A stretch of DNA of 64,000 bases from Octopus vulgaris (Eukaryota): contig OX597828.1 in assembly GCA_951406725.2 (NCBI GenBank), positions 9,858,001 to 9,922,000 on the forward strand. The letters are read 5' to 3'. Shown piece by piece: positions 12,337 to 27,800 of the stretch (positions within the stretch are counted from its first letter, which is position 1; the number at the start of each line of letters is the position of its first letter). The notes beneath the pieces were generated by a model, which saw nothing but the letters and a program-made list of their open reading frames with translations, did not search any database and had not been told where the DNA came from. The translations under genes were made by a program, and so were the position numbers.

Positions 12337-13469
12337 ATTCGTATGACATAAATGAAATACTTACTCATACCCATGGAAAAAGCAAGCACTAAGTCCTGAG
12401 CAGACCTAAGTACCCCAAATATATCCAAAATAGAAAATCTTCGGCACATCTCGAGAGACGTGTGATTCGAACTAGAAACTTTCACAGAGTGAGAGAATCC
12501 GGAAGTGAACACTATTAAATTTTATCCTACATTAGTTGTGTATATATATATATATATATAATCAAAGGACAGTATTTCTACCTGTCGGAAATAGCAGTCA
12601 AAACTCTTATTTAAATCGTCAATAAATATAAGTATATGTATATGCATGTATGTGTGTATATCTGGTGTATATGTACACATTAAGGCGGTCGTTTGAACGA
12701 TACGAAATACTTGCATTGGTTGTATAAGAATTAAATTCTTATGAGTTTCATCTTCATCATTGTTCGACCGTGGCCTAGACAATGGAATTTACTACGTTAC
12801 ACCAGACTTCACGGTCCATCATAGCATTACGGAGGTCCTGTTGCTGGATGCCTGTATCCCTGGAGATTACATCAGGGTAGGAGAGTGTAATTTCGTCACA
12901 TTTTGTGACATCATGACTGACATTACCTCATTCGTCTAGCGCGGGTCTCATTCTCAAGAAATTTTTGTCACCTCTATTTATCTTTAGGGACGAATTTATG
13001 TGGGCACAGTCATGTGTGCATGCAAGTTTTCCTTTGTGTTTGTGATTGTGTCTGTTTGCTTCTGTATGTGTGTATGCATGTGTATTTATGTATGTATGTG
13101 CTTGTGCATATAGATTTATATATGAACATGCATATGCATGAATACACACACACAAACAAGTACATATATATGTCTGTGTGTGCACGCGTGGGTGTGTATG
13201 TTTGTGTGCATGTCTGTTTGTTGGTAGGTATGTGTGTATGTTGGTCTGTGTGAATGTGTGTGGTACTGGAGTGCCTGAAAACAAGATGCTTAGAGGCCAG
13301 TACGTTCTGCATGTTTCTACGTCCGTAGTTTCGAATCACACAGGTATTCCCTCTTTTGTTTTACCATGAGCACGGTGCTACATTATATGTCGCTCCATTC
13401 TAGACAGTTGAAATTAAATATGATAACGGTGCATTAGTTAATTCTGTATTTCGGCCAGTTGTCAATATA

Positions 13470-13843
13470 GGATGCTACATCTATTTGCAGATCATTGTAT
13501 TTTGAAAGTTTCTCCGTTTCCTTTAGAGTAACATTGTCATCGATTAGAAAGCCTTTTTTCTCGATGATCTGTGACGACTATGTCCGACCTATTAGCCTGA
13601 ATACCTCTATCTGTTTTTATAAGCATATCCCAGAGTAAGATTGCTTTCTCCTTTTCTGTGACCTTTTCAGGTGTGTGCTTATATCATCTTTTTTCTGTTG
13701 TTGCTGCATTGTGTTAGCAGAGATTCCAGTGTATATAGGTCCCAACTATGTCGTGTCTATTAATATATTCCTCCTTAGCCAGGACTGAGCAGCCAGAGAC
13801 AATATGATTTATTGTTTCCCCTTCATCTCCACATAGTCTGCAG
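13470..13843 (-). mobile_element. R4/Dong-type (RLE) non-LTR retrotransposon remnant: CCHC knuckle plus restriction-like endonuclease
   Basis: rc translates CRLCGDEGETINHIVSGCSVLAKEEYINRHDIVGTYIHWNLC...HTPEKVTEKEKAILLWDMLIKTDRGIQANRSDIVV...LKETEKLSKYNDLQI. Confidence 0.9.
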
Positions 13844-16800
13844 CTTTTCCCTCCACTTAATGTTTAAATTCGCCAGCGACAAAATATTTTCTAAACATAC
13901 TTCAGTCACTTTTCTAAGATTATCCTCGAAAAATATCCGCAGGGCCGTAGCGATAAGGTTATAAATAATATCAATTATATTCTAACACAACGCGAAAACT
14001 GGCACCAGAATATATAGCAGCCATAAATCCATATCTCCAATCGGAATCAATATTCAAAGACGATTTCTCGAAATTTGTTCGCGATCAAATATCAACCGTA
14101 CTTATACAAAGAGCAGTAAGGCTGAATTCACCAGGAAATATTTTGATTTATGTAAGTGCTTCGTTTTCTCTACCGCTAAAGATTTAACGATTTGGGATGA
14201 ATAGAAATTAAAAGGAAAAGAAATTTCTTTTGGACGGTGAAGTAATTGCTATATCCTCTGGCTTTCTAGGCAACATCGTAGAATGTTGAATGAATCCTTA
14301 TTAAAGTTGTATCTGAAATTTAGTTGTACTGAAGATTCCAGAGGAGGATTAAATGCTGCAATACCAGGATTCGAACCACTAAAACTTTTAGAAGTTCATT
14401 TTAAGTAAAAGGAAAAGAACAACCAAAATTAAATTTAAATATACATCCTTTTCAAATTAAATTTTACCTACAATTAGTTCTCTTCCTTTAATTGATAATT
14501 CCCGAGAGGCAATGCGCGCGCGCGCACACACACACACAAACACATGCACACATGCTAACACAAACACTCACATAAGTACCAAGTGATACGCTTCAAAAGA
14601 TAAATTCTGAAGTCGATTATTTCGAGGAAAATTGTTTAAGATGGTAATGCAGCGTAGCCGCATTCTGATGACTGGATCAAGCAAAGGAATATATATATAT
14701 ATATATGTACATACACATGCATACATATACATAATCAATGGAATGTAGGAATTTCAGTTTGTATATTTATTGTCTCAATAAATATATTCCTGTTGCCATA
14801 GAGTGATGCTTTATGAGCAGTGCAGAATTTTATACCCAGCCTTATGGAACCTTATACCGTTATCATAGTGATCAGTATTTAAAGACCCTTACTGGAAAAT
14901 ATGCTTATCTTAATCTCTTTCTGTTTCAAGTAAAACCCTCATATACTACATATACTACATAAAAGAAACGATATATCACAACAGTAATACTCACATATAC
15001 ACGTATCCACGCAGAAAAAAAATTCACATGGTTATTCACTAAAATCAGTGTTATATAGAAACACGTCCAATCCTATTGAAAATATCTATGCGTCTGTTTT
15101 TGGATACTTTTCTATATTTATATTACACTTTTTCCGTTCCATTTCCGTATTGTCATGTGTCTGTATGCTTGTCATTCTGTAAGCATGTGAATATATTTTT
15201 CTTAATATTTGCGTCACCTGCGTATGTGTGTGTGTGTTTGTGTGTGTAAATACGTAATCTGAACAAATCGTATCAGATATAAAGATATGGTCACATTTTT
15301 TCGTTTCTATTTATAATGCTTACATTTCATATTGTATGAGGAATGAATAATCATTATCATCGTTAATACGAAGGAACTTAGAGAATAATAGATGCCGTTA
15401 TTCCTATTTGAAGCTAAGGAAATGGAGCAACGTCATGCAAGTAAAAATGTCCTTGATATTGTTTCACAGATATTAAATCTTTGAATGGCAGTACAAATAG
15501 GGAAATTTGTTATATATCAAGTGACTAGGAAACACAATAGTGCCATGGCTATATAGCCTGCATGAAAATCTTTTATAATATGGAACATAAAATCCATCAT
15601 AATGATGTAAATATCCTCATTTTACTGGGATTCTTTTAGAAATAGACTCAGAATTTTCGTATTGGTTTGTGATATTGTTCTTTACTGTTGTTTAAAAATA
15701 TATATTTTTGTGTAAAAATATATGTTTACGTTCCGATCATTATCAAAGTGTTTTTAAACATCTTTGAGAAAAAATATTTACGCATTGTCAAATACCCTAA
15801 GATCTAATAGATTATTGCTGTGCGCCAATAAATTGAAAGCAGATGTGTGGACTGGCAAGAATCTTGGTATTTAGCTAGATTTACTCTCTTTGAGTTTCGG
15901 AGTACCAATCCCGCTAAACATGCTCTAGGTTGTAATCGTTGCAGGATCGATATACTCGACTTTAACACTAAAATTCATTTCTTGCACATAAATATATTAT
16001 CTGGTCTTAGTATACGCTTCATTTAGTCTCTTATAATATATCACAATTCGTGGTGATTGTTCCCTGTAAAAAGTGTTGCCGTGGTGTGTGCCATTTGCTA
16101 ATGTAGTGCCGTAGAGTAAAATAATTCTTTGTTTGGTTCAGCTTTGGAAACCATTCGCATTGGCAAAAACAGTAAACTAATTTTCGCCAAAATTATTTTA
16201 CCGTCTTTAAACTGTGAGAGGCTTTACTAATAAATAATAACCTGTAACTAATGAGACGTAACTGGTGAATATGATTTAGTTCAAAATTTACCTTGTAGCT
16301 ACACATCGTTATACATAAATTTTAAAGTGGACGAGGAAATATTTTAAAGCAGTCACTCTAATTTATGCATCGACCCTAAAACCCCTAAAACCGTACCAGA
16401 ATGTCTGTATTATATTAAGGCATTAAGTGAGAGTACCACATAAAATGACAAAATATAGAACTGGGATAATTTTCACGTCCCGAAAGTTTATAATTGATAG
16501 TCAATTCAGGAAATAATTTACACCAAGAAAAACGCCTGCACATACACATCCTCTCAATAGTTGTTATATATCTAAATAGTGACACTCTGGTCAATGATTC
16601 GGAAAATACAGTGAACTCTGAACTTCACTGAAGAGTTTCAAGAGGACGGAAAATACATACAGATCTTTTCTGCAATTACTAGATTTATAGAGTTAATGTA
16701 ATTTCCCCTTCGGATCACAAATACAATCTATACGCGTCCTCAAGCCTCTACAGTTCTTAATGCCAAGCTGGTATTGTTAGCGTGATTTTTCGTGGATTTT

Positions 16801-18346
16801 AGTATCAAAGCCAACCAGCATTTGATCCTGCCATTCTATTAACTTACTTGTTAGACTTCCATAAATACATTGGTTAAACAAGAAGTGAGACACATACTAC
16901 CACAGCAATTAGAAAAAAATGAGACTTACTTGAATTACCGAAGGAACTATTTCTGTAATCTAATCAAGTCCCCCGAAAATAAATCTTACAGATATTTTTT
17001 CTCCGCCTGCAAAGTTTCTCCTGTAGAAATAAACCTGAAGTATATATTTCTATGTCGCTACAAGATGCTAAAGCAAAAACACATTTTCTATATGTATTCA
17101 AAATAAAATGGAAAATAAAGCAGTACTGTATTATGAGTGAACTCGCTTATATTTCGTAATGATTTCTAATAATGGCTTCAGAATATATTGGTAACAATTA
17201 AAGGTATTTAATAAGTATTAATCATAAACATAACAACGATAAACACAAAAACTTCAATTAAAATTTAGCCATTCTATTAAGGTTTTATCTCATCAGTTAC
17301 AATTTATTACATTTCACATTAAACTGTCTGGTTAACACTTAAAGAAGTTGAATATCTTTCAAGAACTGATATTAGTATTAATTTAAATGCAGAGACAATT
17401 TGGCTTTTGTCAATCTGGTGCTATTACATCTTACTTGATTGCTCTGTATTTTCACAAAGAATCTATGCACTTGGTTACCGGATATATTTAGAAAACATCA
17501 AATAATAATACTCTATCTGACAGTAATACGAAACTACCTTCGCATAATATATTCAATAAAAGAAGCAGAGAGATAAAATGCGAAGCACACATATAAATTG
17601 AGCCTAGATGATTTTCATCTTTCTTCCCAACAGGAAACTCACAGATTTATTTACGAAAATACTGAGCATACAGAAAGAATGTATATTGAAGGTATCTTAA
17701 TCCGGCAATTTTAATCATATACGGCATTCATGACATTGTAACACTATCACAAATATATAACATTTAAAGACTCACATTCACAGGAATTGCATTTAAAGAT
17801 GTCCATTCACAGCCTCAAAATTGACTTCAAAAACGATTCAAGTGGTAACTATTGCTAACTCTCTAAAATGTCCCAGTGTTGATTACGGGGGAAATATAAC
17901 ACAAACATTTGAGACCACATTGTAAATGTAAATTGATAATAGATTGTTTGTAGTGAATTTAATCAACGTCACATATCTTGGATTTGGAGAACAAAGCAGC
18001 ATATGCAATACACGGAGTAAAGAATGATCATGCAATTAGATTAGTGCATAGAGTATTCTTTAATACCTAAATGCAAATTTCTAAGGGGCACTCAATTTTG
18101 TTTATCGTTTAAACATATGGTTGTTATTCGCTTATAGTTTTCCAAATAAGAGCATTCATTCTTAATTTCTTTAATTAAAAACAATGATTATATAAACAGG
18201 AATTTATTATTAACATTCACACACTCCTTCGCATATACATGCATAAAGGGAGACATGTGCCTTGATATATACGTACTTTAATATTTCTGTTCAGAAACAC
18301 GCGGGCATACACATATATATTCTTGCATATATATATATTATATATA

Positions 18347-18406
<60 letters not shown>

Positions 18407-19790
18407 CATTGATCAATATATGACTGATATATACGTGCATTCAGCTATAATCAGAAACGCTCACTCACATATTCTCCACACACAGGAATATATGCATATA
18501 CACGTTTATAGCATATATTTTATTTTGAAGAAAAGGCATATAACTGCTTTTAAAAAAATAAATAAATAAACACAAAAATATTCTTTGAAAAATTGAAACA
18601 TACTTTCTGTTTTGCAAATTAATCGGAAGCGTAGTTGCTAGCGTATTAATTCTGTATTTTTATAATAATTTCACTTTTCTGTGCATAACATTTTTCATAC
18701 TTCGCTGATTCAAAATATGTTCGTTTTAACCTTTGCCGAAATTTTCATTTTCAACTCCTACTTTCTCTCAATCATTTTTTACTCATTGATTTTTGACTAA
18801 CAAATGCACTCATCATTTTTTTCACTGTTATCATAATTAACAATGTTTAGAGATTAAAGTTATTTTTTGTTCATATTCCCAAAGGAATATTCATTTTAAT
18901 GTTCAAACAAAATGAAAGCAGAGTTGTTTCTGAACAGAAAATATTAAAAAAATGTTACTGGACTTTAATTTAAATTTTGATGAATATGTGGACATGATCA
19001 CTTGATTAAATCATGAAGTTTCAAATTGATGTAAAAATTATATGAAAAATCAACAACATGTTTCAAATGTTTGAAAGTTGACAGCCAGTGAGGAATGCAG
19101 GAAGTGGCATTAAACCAGAATAATATAAATATTACCACTAGACTCACAAAATAAGTAGCAATATCATAGTAAATTAGACGGAATTTGACGTTTCAAGATC
19201 ATGGGTCACCTTCTGAGGTTTAGCCAGTCAGAGAAATAAAAAAAAGTGTAATGCCACAAAAGATGACATTCATTAATTCTCGAACCCGTTCTGTAACTAT
19301 GATTATAAAATTTAAATAATATTCAGCCATGTTGCCTGGTGTTTCTAACCTGACCCCAACAACAGAAAGACCTAATTTTAGGACTCTTAAATAACAAAGC
19401 AATCATTATTTTTAAGGTAATTCTTCCCTTTGCAAAGATTTGCCATTCCACTTCCAATATCATCAAGTGACCTAATGGGAAGCATAAATATTTTCTTTGA
19501 ATAGAAAAAGAGTAATGGTGTGTGAATGGAAATGGTATAGCGGCTGATGTCATTCCAGTAATTGGTGCCCAGCTTCTTTTTAAAGTAAAGTCTGATTACA
19601 TTTGACCGTGCTCAAAATTAATTTCTATAAGTTGGTAGACTTTCTAATACATAGTGGGTACATTTAGGATCAAGATATTAAATTCTGAGATTTAATTCTT
19701 AAGGTTAGGTAAAATTATTATACTCAATATGCATTTTCAGTTTCTGTCTTATGTAAAATAGCAATATACATACATAAATACATACGTCTT

Positions 19791-19823
<33 letters not shown>

Positions 19824-22800
19824 TTGCGACTTTGTGTACGTATATGCACATATATATATATATGGTGGGGTGCGTTATGTATGTGTGTAAATATATGTGT
19901 GCCTCTGAACATCAGCACACGTCCATTCACAACGTACTGATACTCATATACACGTAATATGACATGTTTAATATTATTATGTTTAATCTACAACAGTAAA
20001 TTGAAGCCTTCATAGTTTACTAGAAAATAAACATAACGTGTATATTAGTTAGCACATTTACTGATATACTTTTAGGCAGCTGAGAGAATTTAATGATGCT
20101 ATTTAGTTAAACTTAAAGTATTTCTTGGTTCAAAACCCACCGATTTAGTGTTAACATTTGAAAATCCATTCAATAGAAAACATACATACTAATGATGCCT
20201 ATCAAATGATTCAGCTAGATATATAGATATATGTGTCACATGCATATTAGTGGAGGTGCGCCAAATTGGACGAAACGTTTTGTGGGTTTTAATGTGGCCA
20301 CTTGTATTCAAAATTCTTATTGCAATTGTTTTGGAGTCGATGTCGCTATAGTGTCTGCCAATATATCTTATAGCATTTGTTCTGTTTTTGTTTTAGTCAT
20401 CGTACTGGGGCCAAATCCAACTGTGTCCTTTGGTGGACGTAAAACGCCTTCCCATAGTCCTAGGCTGCCTATCCTAGATCGCATCATTCAGTCAATTCAA
20501 TCTCGCATTTTCTGTAGTCGAATGTGACGCCAGCATTTAGAACAGGTCTTCGATTTAAGTTTATCTGTCCCCTTCTTCTCAACTGTCCTGGTACTCCTAA
20601 TGAAGGAGGAGGGTTAAACACATTACTCTTCATCGTGCGATAAAACCGATGAAAAAAAGAAACCTTCTAGCTGATTGTTAAATATGTGTCTTTCTCTCTT
20701 ATCTCTTTCTCTCTTCCCTCTTGTTTTACACAAACTCATGCACACTCACACATAAGCATGGACATTAACAGTACTCTTTCACGTACTTATTCTCTTCTGT
20801 GTCAAATTTATATTTGCAATACTTTACTCAACTCTTTTGAACGAATGAGTTGATACAAATTCACCGACACTGACTCACCTAATTTATGTTACTTATTCAT
20901 TTACTTGTATTGTGTGTCGACTATTTATTTAGTTTATTAGAACCATTACTTATCGTTGCAGCATTTTGTGCAACATACGAGAGATTAAGAGCATTTGAAA
21001 TGTTTCTGTGTAGCAGACGCGACGCATTTTAAGTAGAGTGATTAAAGCAAGGTGAAATTTAGTGCTGTGAAAAAGACAAAACTGAGTGAGAGATCTGGGA
21101 ATTGAACGCTAGATATTCCAGTCGTAAGTCCAAATTAGAAACTACGTGTTACCACATCACTTACGATACTTCGCAAGAAATAGTTTGCCAATTTCCTTTT
21201 ACAAAATTGTAATTATATGGATTTCTTTTTAGTTATGGTTCTTCTTACATCTTCTGATGTACAAAGCTGAATTTCAGCCACATCGCTCTCTTCAGTATGT
21301 GGGTTGAGGAACTTAAATTCCACTGAGAATGCACTCACCCACTCTGACTAACTCATTAAATCAGTCATGTAAAGATACAGTCGCAGCTAATATTTCAATT
21401 CCTTACTGAATTTAATACATATCTATGTTTTTAATATCTTGACAAGGGTATCCCGCTCGAAAATTCCAGCCACGATAATTATCATTTCGAGGTGAAAAGG
21501 AAATAAAGGAAAAGGAAATAAATTCTTTCGCTTTTTCTGGATGAACAAAATACTAATATTTCTACACGTTGTGATACTGAGACATTGAAAATAATCTCAA
21601 CGCAAAGTTTGAAAAATTAGGTTTGTAATATCTAATATAGGCGTGAATATTTAAATGAAAGAGGGCAGTGATGGAAAAAATGCTTGCAACTTCGTATTAT
21701 TTTCCTCCATCATCTTCATAAGCGTCATTCTCCTCGTAGTCATCATCATCAACGTCAGCGTTACTGTCGTCATCATCGTCGTTATCATCATCATTGGCGA
21801 CGGCGGCGGCGGCGGCTTCGTCGTTCTCGTCATCATTATCATCATCGGTCAAAGATTTGTTTATTTCCCAAAATATTCATCTATAAATTACGTAATCGAC
21901 ATTTATTGAGGAGTACATTTGTTAACTAGAGCCAAAGTAAAATATCCTTATTTTTGTGGAAGAGAAATAATCATATGCAAAATAACAATGTATAGTGGAT
22001 CGATTAGCAGACAGAGATAACATTTGTGAAATTCATAAAATATTTGAAAGAGCAGCGTAATCAACTAACTCGGTTCGATAACTCGTTTTACGAATAAATT
22101 ACTTTCAAATGTATGCTATTATACACATAATTATGAGCTACACATACGGTTTTTGACAGACATCTGAAGATATTCATCAAGAGAGAGAAACCGAATGGGA
22201 TAGATAGAGATGGCAGTGAAAATAGAACGAAAGAAAGGAAAAGAAATGTCGGCTAGCTATATTAAAAAGAAGTGTTGCGATATTTCTTTTGTTCAGATGC
22301 AGCCAGCTAGTTGTAAAATCAGGTATCATTGTTATATAAGACATAAAATTACAAATTTATGCATGTTTAGCTATTTGTGTCTTCTCAAAATAAACAATGA
22401 CAAAAATATAATGTCCATTATAGTGAAAGAAAATATTGTCGAGATTATACGTGAACTTAATTAACAAATTTATACCTCATATATCCTGATATTTTCGTTG
22501 CAATCTACATTAACTTACTGAATTGAGGAAATATTTTACATACATTGAATAGTTTTTCTATTGATTTCAATAGCTATATTCAAGTTGAAATTGAAAATTC
22601 TGAGATATTGAAAAAATAATAAATAAATAAATAAAATATTGGTTTGCATTTTGTTTCGGATCCACTGTTTGCTTAAAAGTCATTGTAGTTTATTTTTATT
22701 TCATATATCTTATATAAAGTATTCAAATACAACACAAAGAAAATGAAGTAAAAAACAAGAAAACAAAACAAATACAATCTGATGGAAAATGCTTTTTGTA

Positions 22801-23457
22801 TGATTTCAATATATTTACTAACGTTTAGTTATAACATTGTTTGCTATATAGGCAAAAGAATCATTAAAACTTGCCTCCCAGTGTGGCTACAAGCATATGA
22901 ATAGGGAGAGACGTCTTAATGTTTATTGATATTTCTCTCATAGAGAGTTGCTACAATACCGCTTACAATGTTTACATTTATTTGTGAATAAGTGGCTAGT
23001 TGTATTTCTATTGCAACGGAAGAGGTAGTAAAGAAAATATACATTCCGACGGTGTTACTATAAAATTGAATTATCTGCTTGCTTTCATACTTAAACAAAT
23101 GGGTTTAAATTTGTGGAGTATAAATCTGGAGCATAAAAGAATAACGTGATCCTATTATGAAACACAGACTGATACATATTCCACCGATTAGAATTTATTT
23201 CAACTGAAAAATGGTAATATTAAAATTGATAACAGAGCTCAACCTCAACATGTCGCAGATGCAGGAGAAATCCAGCACCTGTTAAAAAGGAACAGAAATT
23301 ATAGTTCTATATTAAGAATGCTTGAGGAAATGTGATAATTACATGTGGAAAACACCTGATACTATGCTTGCTCGGTCAACTGTGACTTGGGGCCTTTCTT
23401 CTTCTTCAGTGAGGTAACATTTTCAATTAATATTAGTAGCTATAGTATGGCATTGTG

Positions 23458-23726
23458 GAGGCACATCCTAGTGGTTAGAGCAGCGGACGCCGGTTCGAAT
23501 CTCAGACCGGGCGATGTGTGTGTTTATGAGCGAAACACCTAACCTCCACGCGGCTCCGGCAGAAGGTAATGGCGAACTTCTGCTGACTCTTTCGCCACAA
23601 CTTTCGCTCACTCTTTCTTTCTGCATCTTGCAGCTCACCTGCGTCCCGTCCAGGTGGAGAACCTATACACCAAGGAAACCGGTAAATCAGCCCTAATGAA
23701 CCAAGCATGGCTCGAGAAGGAACAAG
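23458..23726 (+). mobile_element. tRNA-derived SINE family D (tail type 1)
   Basis: tagtggttagagc ... ggttcgaatct A/B-box-like head; shares head and central ctctttcgccacaactttc with 34136-34447. Confidence 0.8.
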
Positions 23727-23869
23727 ATATTATGGCATTCTTCGTAAATTCGTCCGATAATAAGGCAAAGTGATGACCAAATAAATAGATAGAAGATAAA
23801 TATCATAAAGTAATTAATGAAAACGATGCACTAGGGAAGAGAACAAAAGCAATGGATCTAAATTTCGCC

Positions 23870-24060
23870 CCAAGGCCAGAAACTTAAGGGGAGAAGGAAG
23901 TCATTTACATCGTAATCAAGTCCTCAAATGGTACTTTTTATTTCCGGTTACGAAAGCATGAACGGTGAAGTAAACCACAACAGAATTTGAAATCAGAAGG
24001 CAAAGATCCTGTAGAAATGACGCTATACATTTTGTCTGGCTCGCAGTCTGTTTGGTCAGT
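23870..24060 (-). mobile_element. Old SINE family B-related copy
   Basis: ggtactt...cgaaagcatgaacggtgaagtaaacc...gaatttgaaatcagaa resembles family B. Similar relics at ~29570-29700, 32480-32580, 34780-34930, 37980-38075 and 41385-41560. Confidence 0.55.
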
Positions 24061-24857
24061 AGGTAAATTATGACATGTTCTGAGCACTAGCTCTACCTAT
24101 TTAAGATCTGTGATTGCTAGTAGCTCACAATTATACTCGTGTCTCATGAAACTTGTTCTCGGTACCAAAATGTTCTCAGCATGAAAATACTCTTAGTCAA
24201 AACTGAAATGATTATGAAAAAAGAAACGTCCATCTACAAAATAAAATATTATTAGCTAAGTAAAGTATTCACATTGTTGAAAGCCCTCCTTGTTTGACGC
24301 AATTTATAACGTATTCAGTGATGGTTGCCGTTTTCGTGATGGAGTGCATGAACGTCTGTGGTATTGAACATTTCAATCATATTTGCCATGACGCATGCGG
24401 GTTCTGTATCTGGTTGGAGTGAACTCAAATATAGTGTTTCTTTCGCTTACATCATTATTGTTTATACAGCAATTATGATTATCCACTTGTATAATATTTA
24501 TATCATCTACGTTTAAAAATATAAGAAGCGGCCACTGATATATCAACTTTCGTCTTACCCTTTTATATAGCTACATAGGACCCCAATGCTTAGGAGAATT
24601 TGACTCTTGCTTTCAGCAAATGAAATAACGAAATACATAATATCCCAATTAGAAAGCCATGTTATCCTCTCATATCAAAATTTAACTTCGAAACACTGAG
24701 GGGTTTTGGTCAATACAGTGTATAGAAACTGATTCCTTTATCTACAGTGTTCATTTATATAAATGAAAAGCCTGTTTCAGTTTCTCTTCGGATTTCAGTC
24801 GTAGTGGATAGTGTTAAGAATCTTCCTTCTTGCCTTCTTGTTAGATATTCCCTGCAA

Positions 24858-25526
<669 letters not shown>

Positions 25527-25698
25527 ATTATTATGGGGTATGTAAACTATCTTCAAATTCCATCCTGAAGGTAGGTCTAATTTTTTAAATGTTCATTGCA
25601 TTGCACGTGTGTGTATTTATCGTAATGTTGGTGGTTTTTGAAGCTTTCGCTTTCATTTTGGGCAAGCGGATTTTTTTACCATCCTTTTATTCAAATAT

Positions 25699-25755
<57 letters not shown>

Positions 25756-25757
25756 TA

Positions 25758-26560
25758 AGTAACAATAAAGGGTGAAATTAATTAATTTGGAATAATTATT
25801 AATTACACCAAGTAGATTTCGGCATGTAAAAGCCTCATTCGAGGAAAATTTAAGTAATACTAAGCAATTAAGGGTTTAACAACGAATTGCCTCACCACAC
25901 ACCGAATTTAGAAATAGCAGTCAAAGGGTTATAGCTATTTTTTCTACTAAAAGGGAGATCTCAGTAAAAATACAGCACTTGAATGGCAAACACAGACAGG
26001 TAAGAGAGAATGAAATGACGGCAATCTATCATACAATTTTAAGTCACCTACGGACGTACGTTTCGAAATCAAGTTTTAGGAAAGCATAAGAATTAGATAA
26101 TTCTACCTTACCCAAACTTCTTTTCTCATCAGCGTAGGATACTACAATTATGAATAATTGTATATTAAATTTTGAGATACTAGAAGGCATCGTCTCAACT
26201 CAGTGTCAGAGCGAGCCAAAGCATTACCAGTACCACGAAATTCAAAGTGTGAATGAAAGTTTGTGTCACCAGCCCCTTTCCACCCGCGTGTAGCCAAGAC
26301 AAGATGCTGTGGTCATTTACTGGGATAAAATATGGTTATCAGTAACAATAAAGGGTGAAATTAATTAATTTGGAATAATTATTAATTACACCAAGTATTT
26401 CATTCTCTCTTACCTGTCTGTGTTTGCCATTCAAGTGCTGTATTTTTACTGAGATCTCCCTTTTAGTAGAAAGAATAGCTATAACACTTTGACTGCTATT
26501 TCTAAATTCGGTGTGTGGTGAGGCAATTCGTTGCTAAACCCTTAATTGCTTAGTATTACT
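25758..26560 (-). mobile_element. Hammerhead element family H3: 583-bp monomer with 57-bp direct repeats and 164-bp inverted arm
   Basis: 25758-25814 = 26341-26397 (direct); 25853-26016 is the near-identical rc of 26397-26560; (TA)n on both flanks. Confidence 0.9.
26047..26138 (-). ncRNA. Minimal type-I hammerhead ribozyme (family H3), intact core
   Basis: rc: cctacg-CTGATGA-[long stem II gaaa..aagttt..gaatta tc taattc..aaactt..tttc]-GAAAC-gtac-GTC-cgtagg. Perfect 6-bp stem I and palindromic stem III. Confidence 0.92.
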
Positions 26561-26699
26561 ATATATAAATATATATATATATATATTGTTTCTTTTTTTC
26601 TGAACGGAAAACCCGCTTCTTTCTGTTTGGTGCCAGTAAAATCTCGATAAGAGTGATTCATTGTAGTAGAGATCATGCATTGTAGAAAGGATAATCGCT

Positions 26700-26900
26700 G
26701 AAATTCACTAACAAGTGTAACTGGAATATCTGCAATTCGCATCTCGTTTATGCATTTTACTAAACATAGGTGTTGGATAGCTATCATCTGCACCAATATG
26801 CGTCTATGACCCATATGAAGTCTGATAGTATTACATTAGAAAAAGCTTCACGGCGTTTATTTACGGTGTTCACTGAACTCAAACTGACCACAACTCGCCT
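26700..26900 (+). mobile_element. Possible ancient CR1-type LINE RT C-terminal relic
   Basis: THMKSDSITLEKASRRLFTVFTELK resembles CR1-type PHLKKDI..LEKVQRRATKMIPELK. Confidence 0.35.
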
Positions 26901-27493
26901 TAAAATTTAGGGTCCACAAAAAGTGTTCACTAAACATTTATAATCTCCAATTCTGTATGGATCAGGCATTGAAATATACATTAATTAACAGGTAATGCAT
27001 TACTCACTATGACAGGAGGATTGTTTTCTATGCATATTGATGTATCCGATTTATTTCAAACTTATGTCTCGATGGACAGGGCCATTAATGGAGCTAATCA
27101 AAATGTAGCCTGACAGACCCTAATTCCATGTTACGAAAATTCTCAATAGACTAGCATATACATACGTCCAAACTTGAAATTTTCCTCAAATGTGTTATTT
27201 TATATATTACAGAAAAGCAATTATGCAGATTGTTGTCAATGCTCTATCAACTCATTAATCGACTGTGATGTCAGCTTGAGTTATATAGATAAAGCTACCC
27301 ATCCATTTAAAAGAAACTACAGGTAAAGACATATTATAAAGAGTGATTTCAATGATTAGTATAGCCCGAACCCAAAACATTTCGAAACGGGAGCTGGATT
27401 GGAGCCAACTGCATTGATGCACTGCATCAATTACCAAACATACTACATACGATAAGAAGAAGACAGATATATATACATACATATATACATACA

Positions 27494-27655
27494 CAACGGG
27501 CTTCTTTCAATTTCTGTTTACCAAATCCCCTCACAAGGCTTTGGTCAGCCCTAGGCTATATTAGAAGACACTCGCCCAATGTGCCATACAACGGGACTGA
27601 AACTGGAATTATGTGGTTTGTCAGCAAGGTACTTTCCACACAGCCACTCCTGCGC
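27494..27655 (-). mobile_element. tRNA-derived SINE family C, 5' half
   Basis: rc begins gcgcaggagtggctgtgtgg...ttcagtccc; homologous to 40852-41003, 46185-46320 (+), 46476-46625 and 58270-58440. Confidence 0.8.
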
Positions 27656-27685
27656 ATATATATACATATATAAACACACACATAT

Positions 27686-27717
<32 letters not shown>

Positions 27718-27736
27718 GTATATGCATATGTATGTA

Positions 27737-27800
<64 letters not shown>

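Noticed and set aside
19220-19620. Non-repetitive segment with short ORFs
   Set aside because: No recognisable domain; cannot be supported as coding without a search.
20245-20290. ccaa a ttggac-GAAACGTT, resembling the 3' half of a minimal hammerhead
   Set aside because: The 5' core box is not recognisable.
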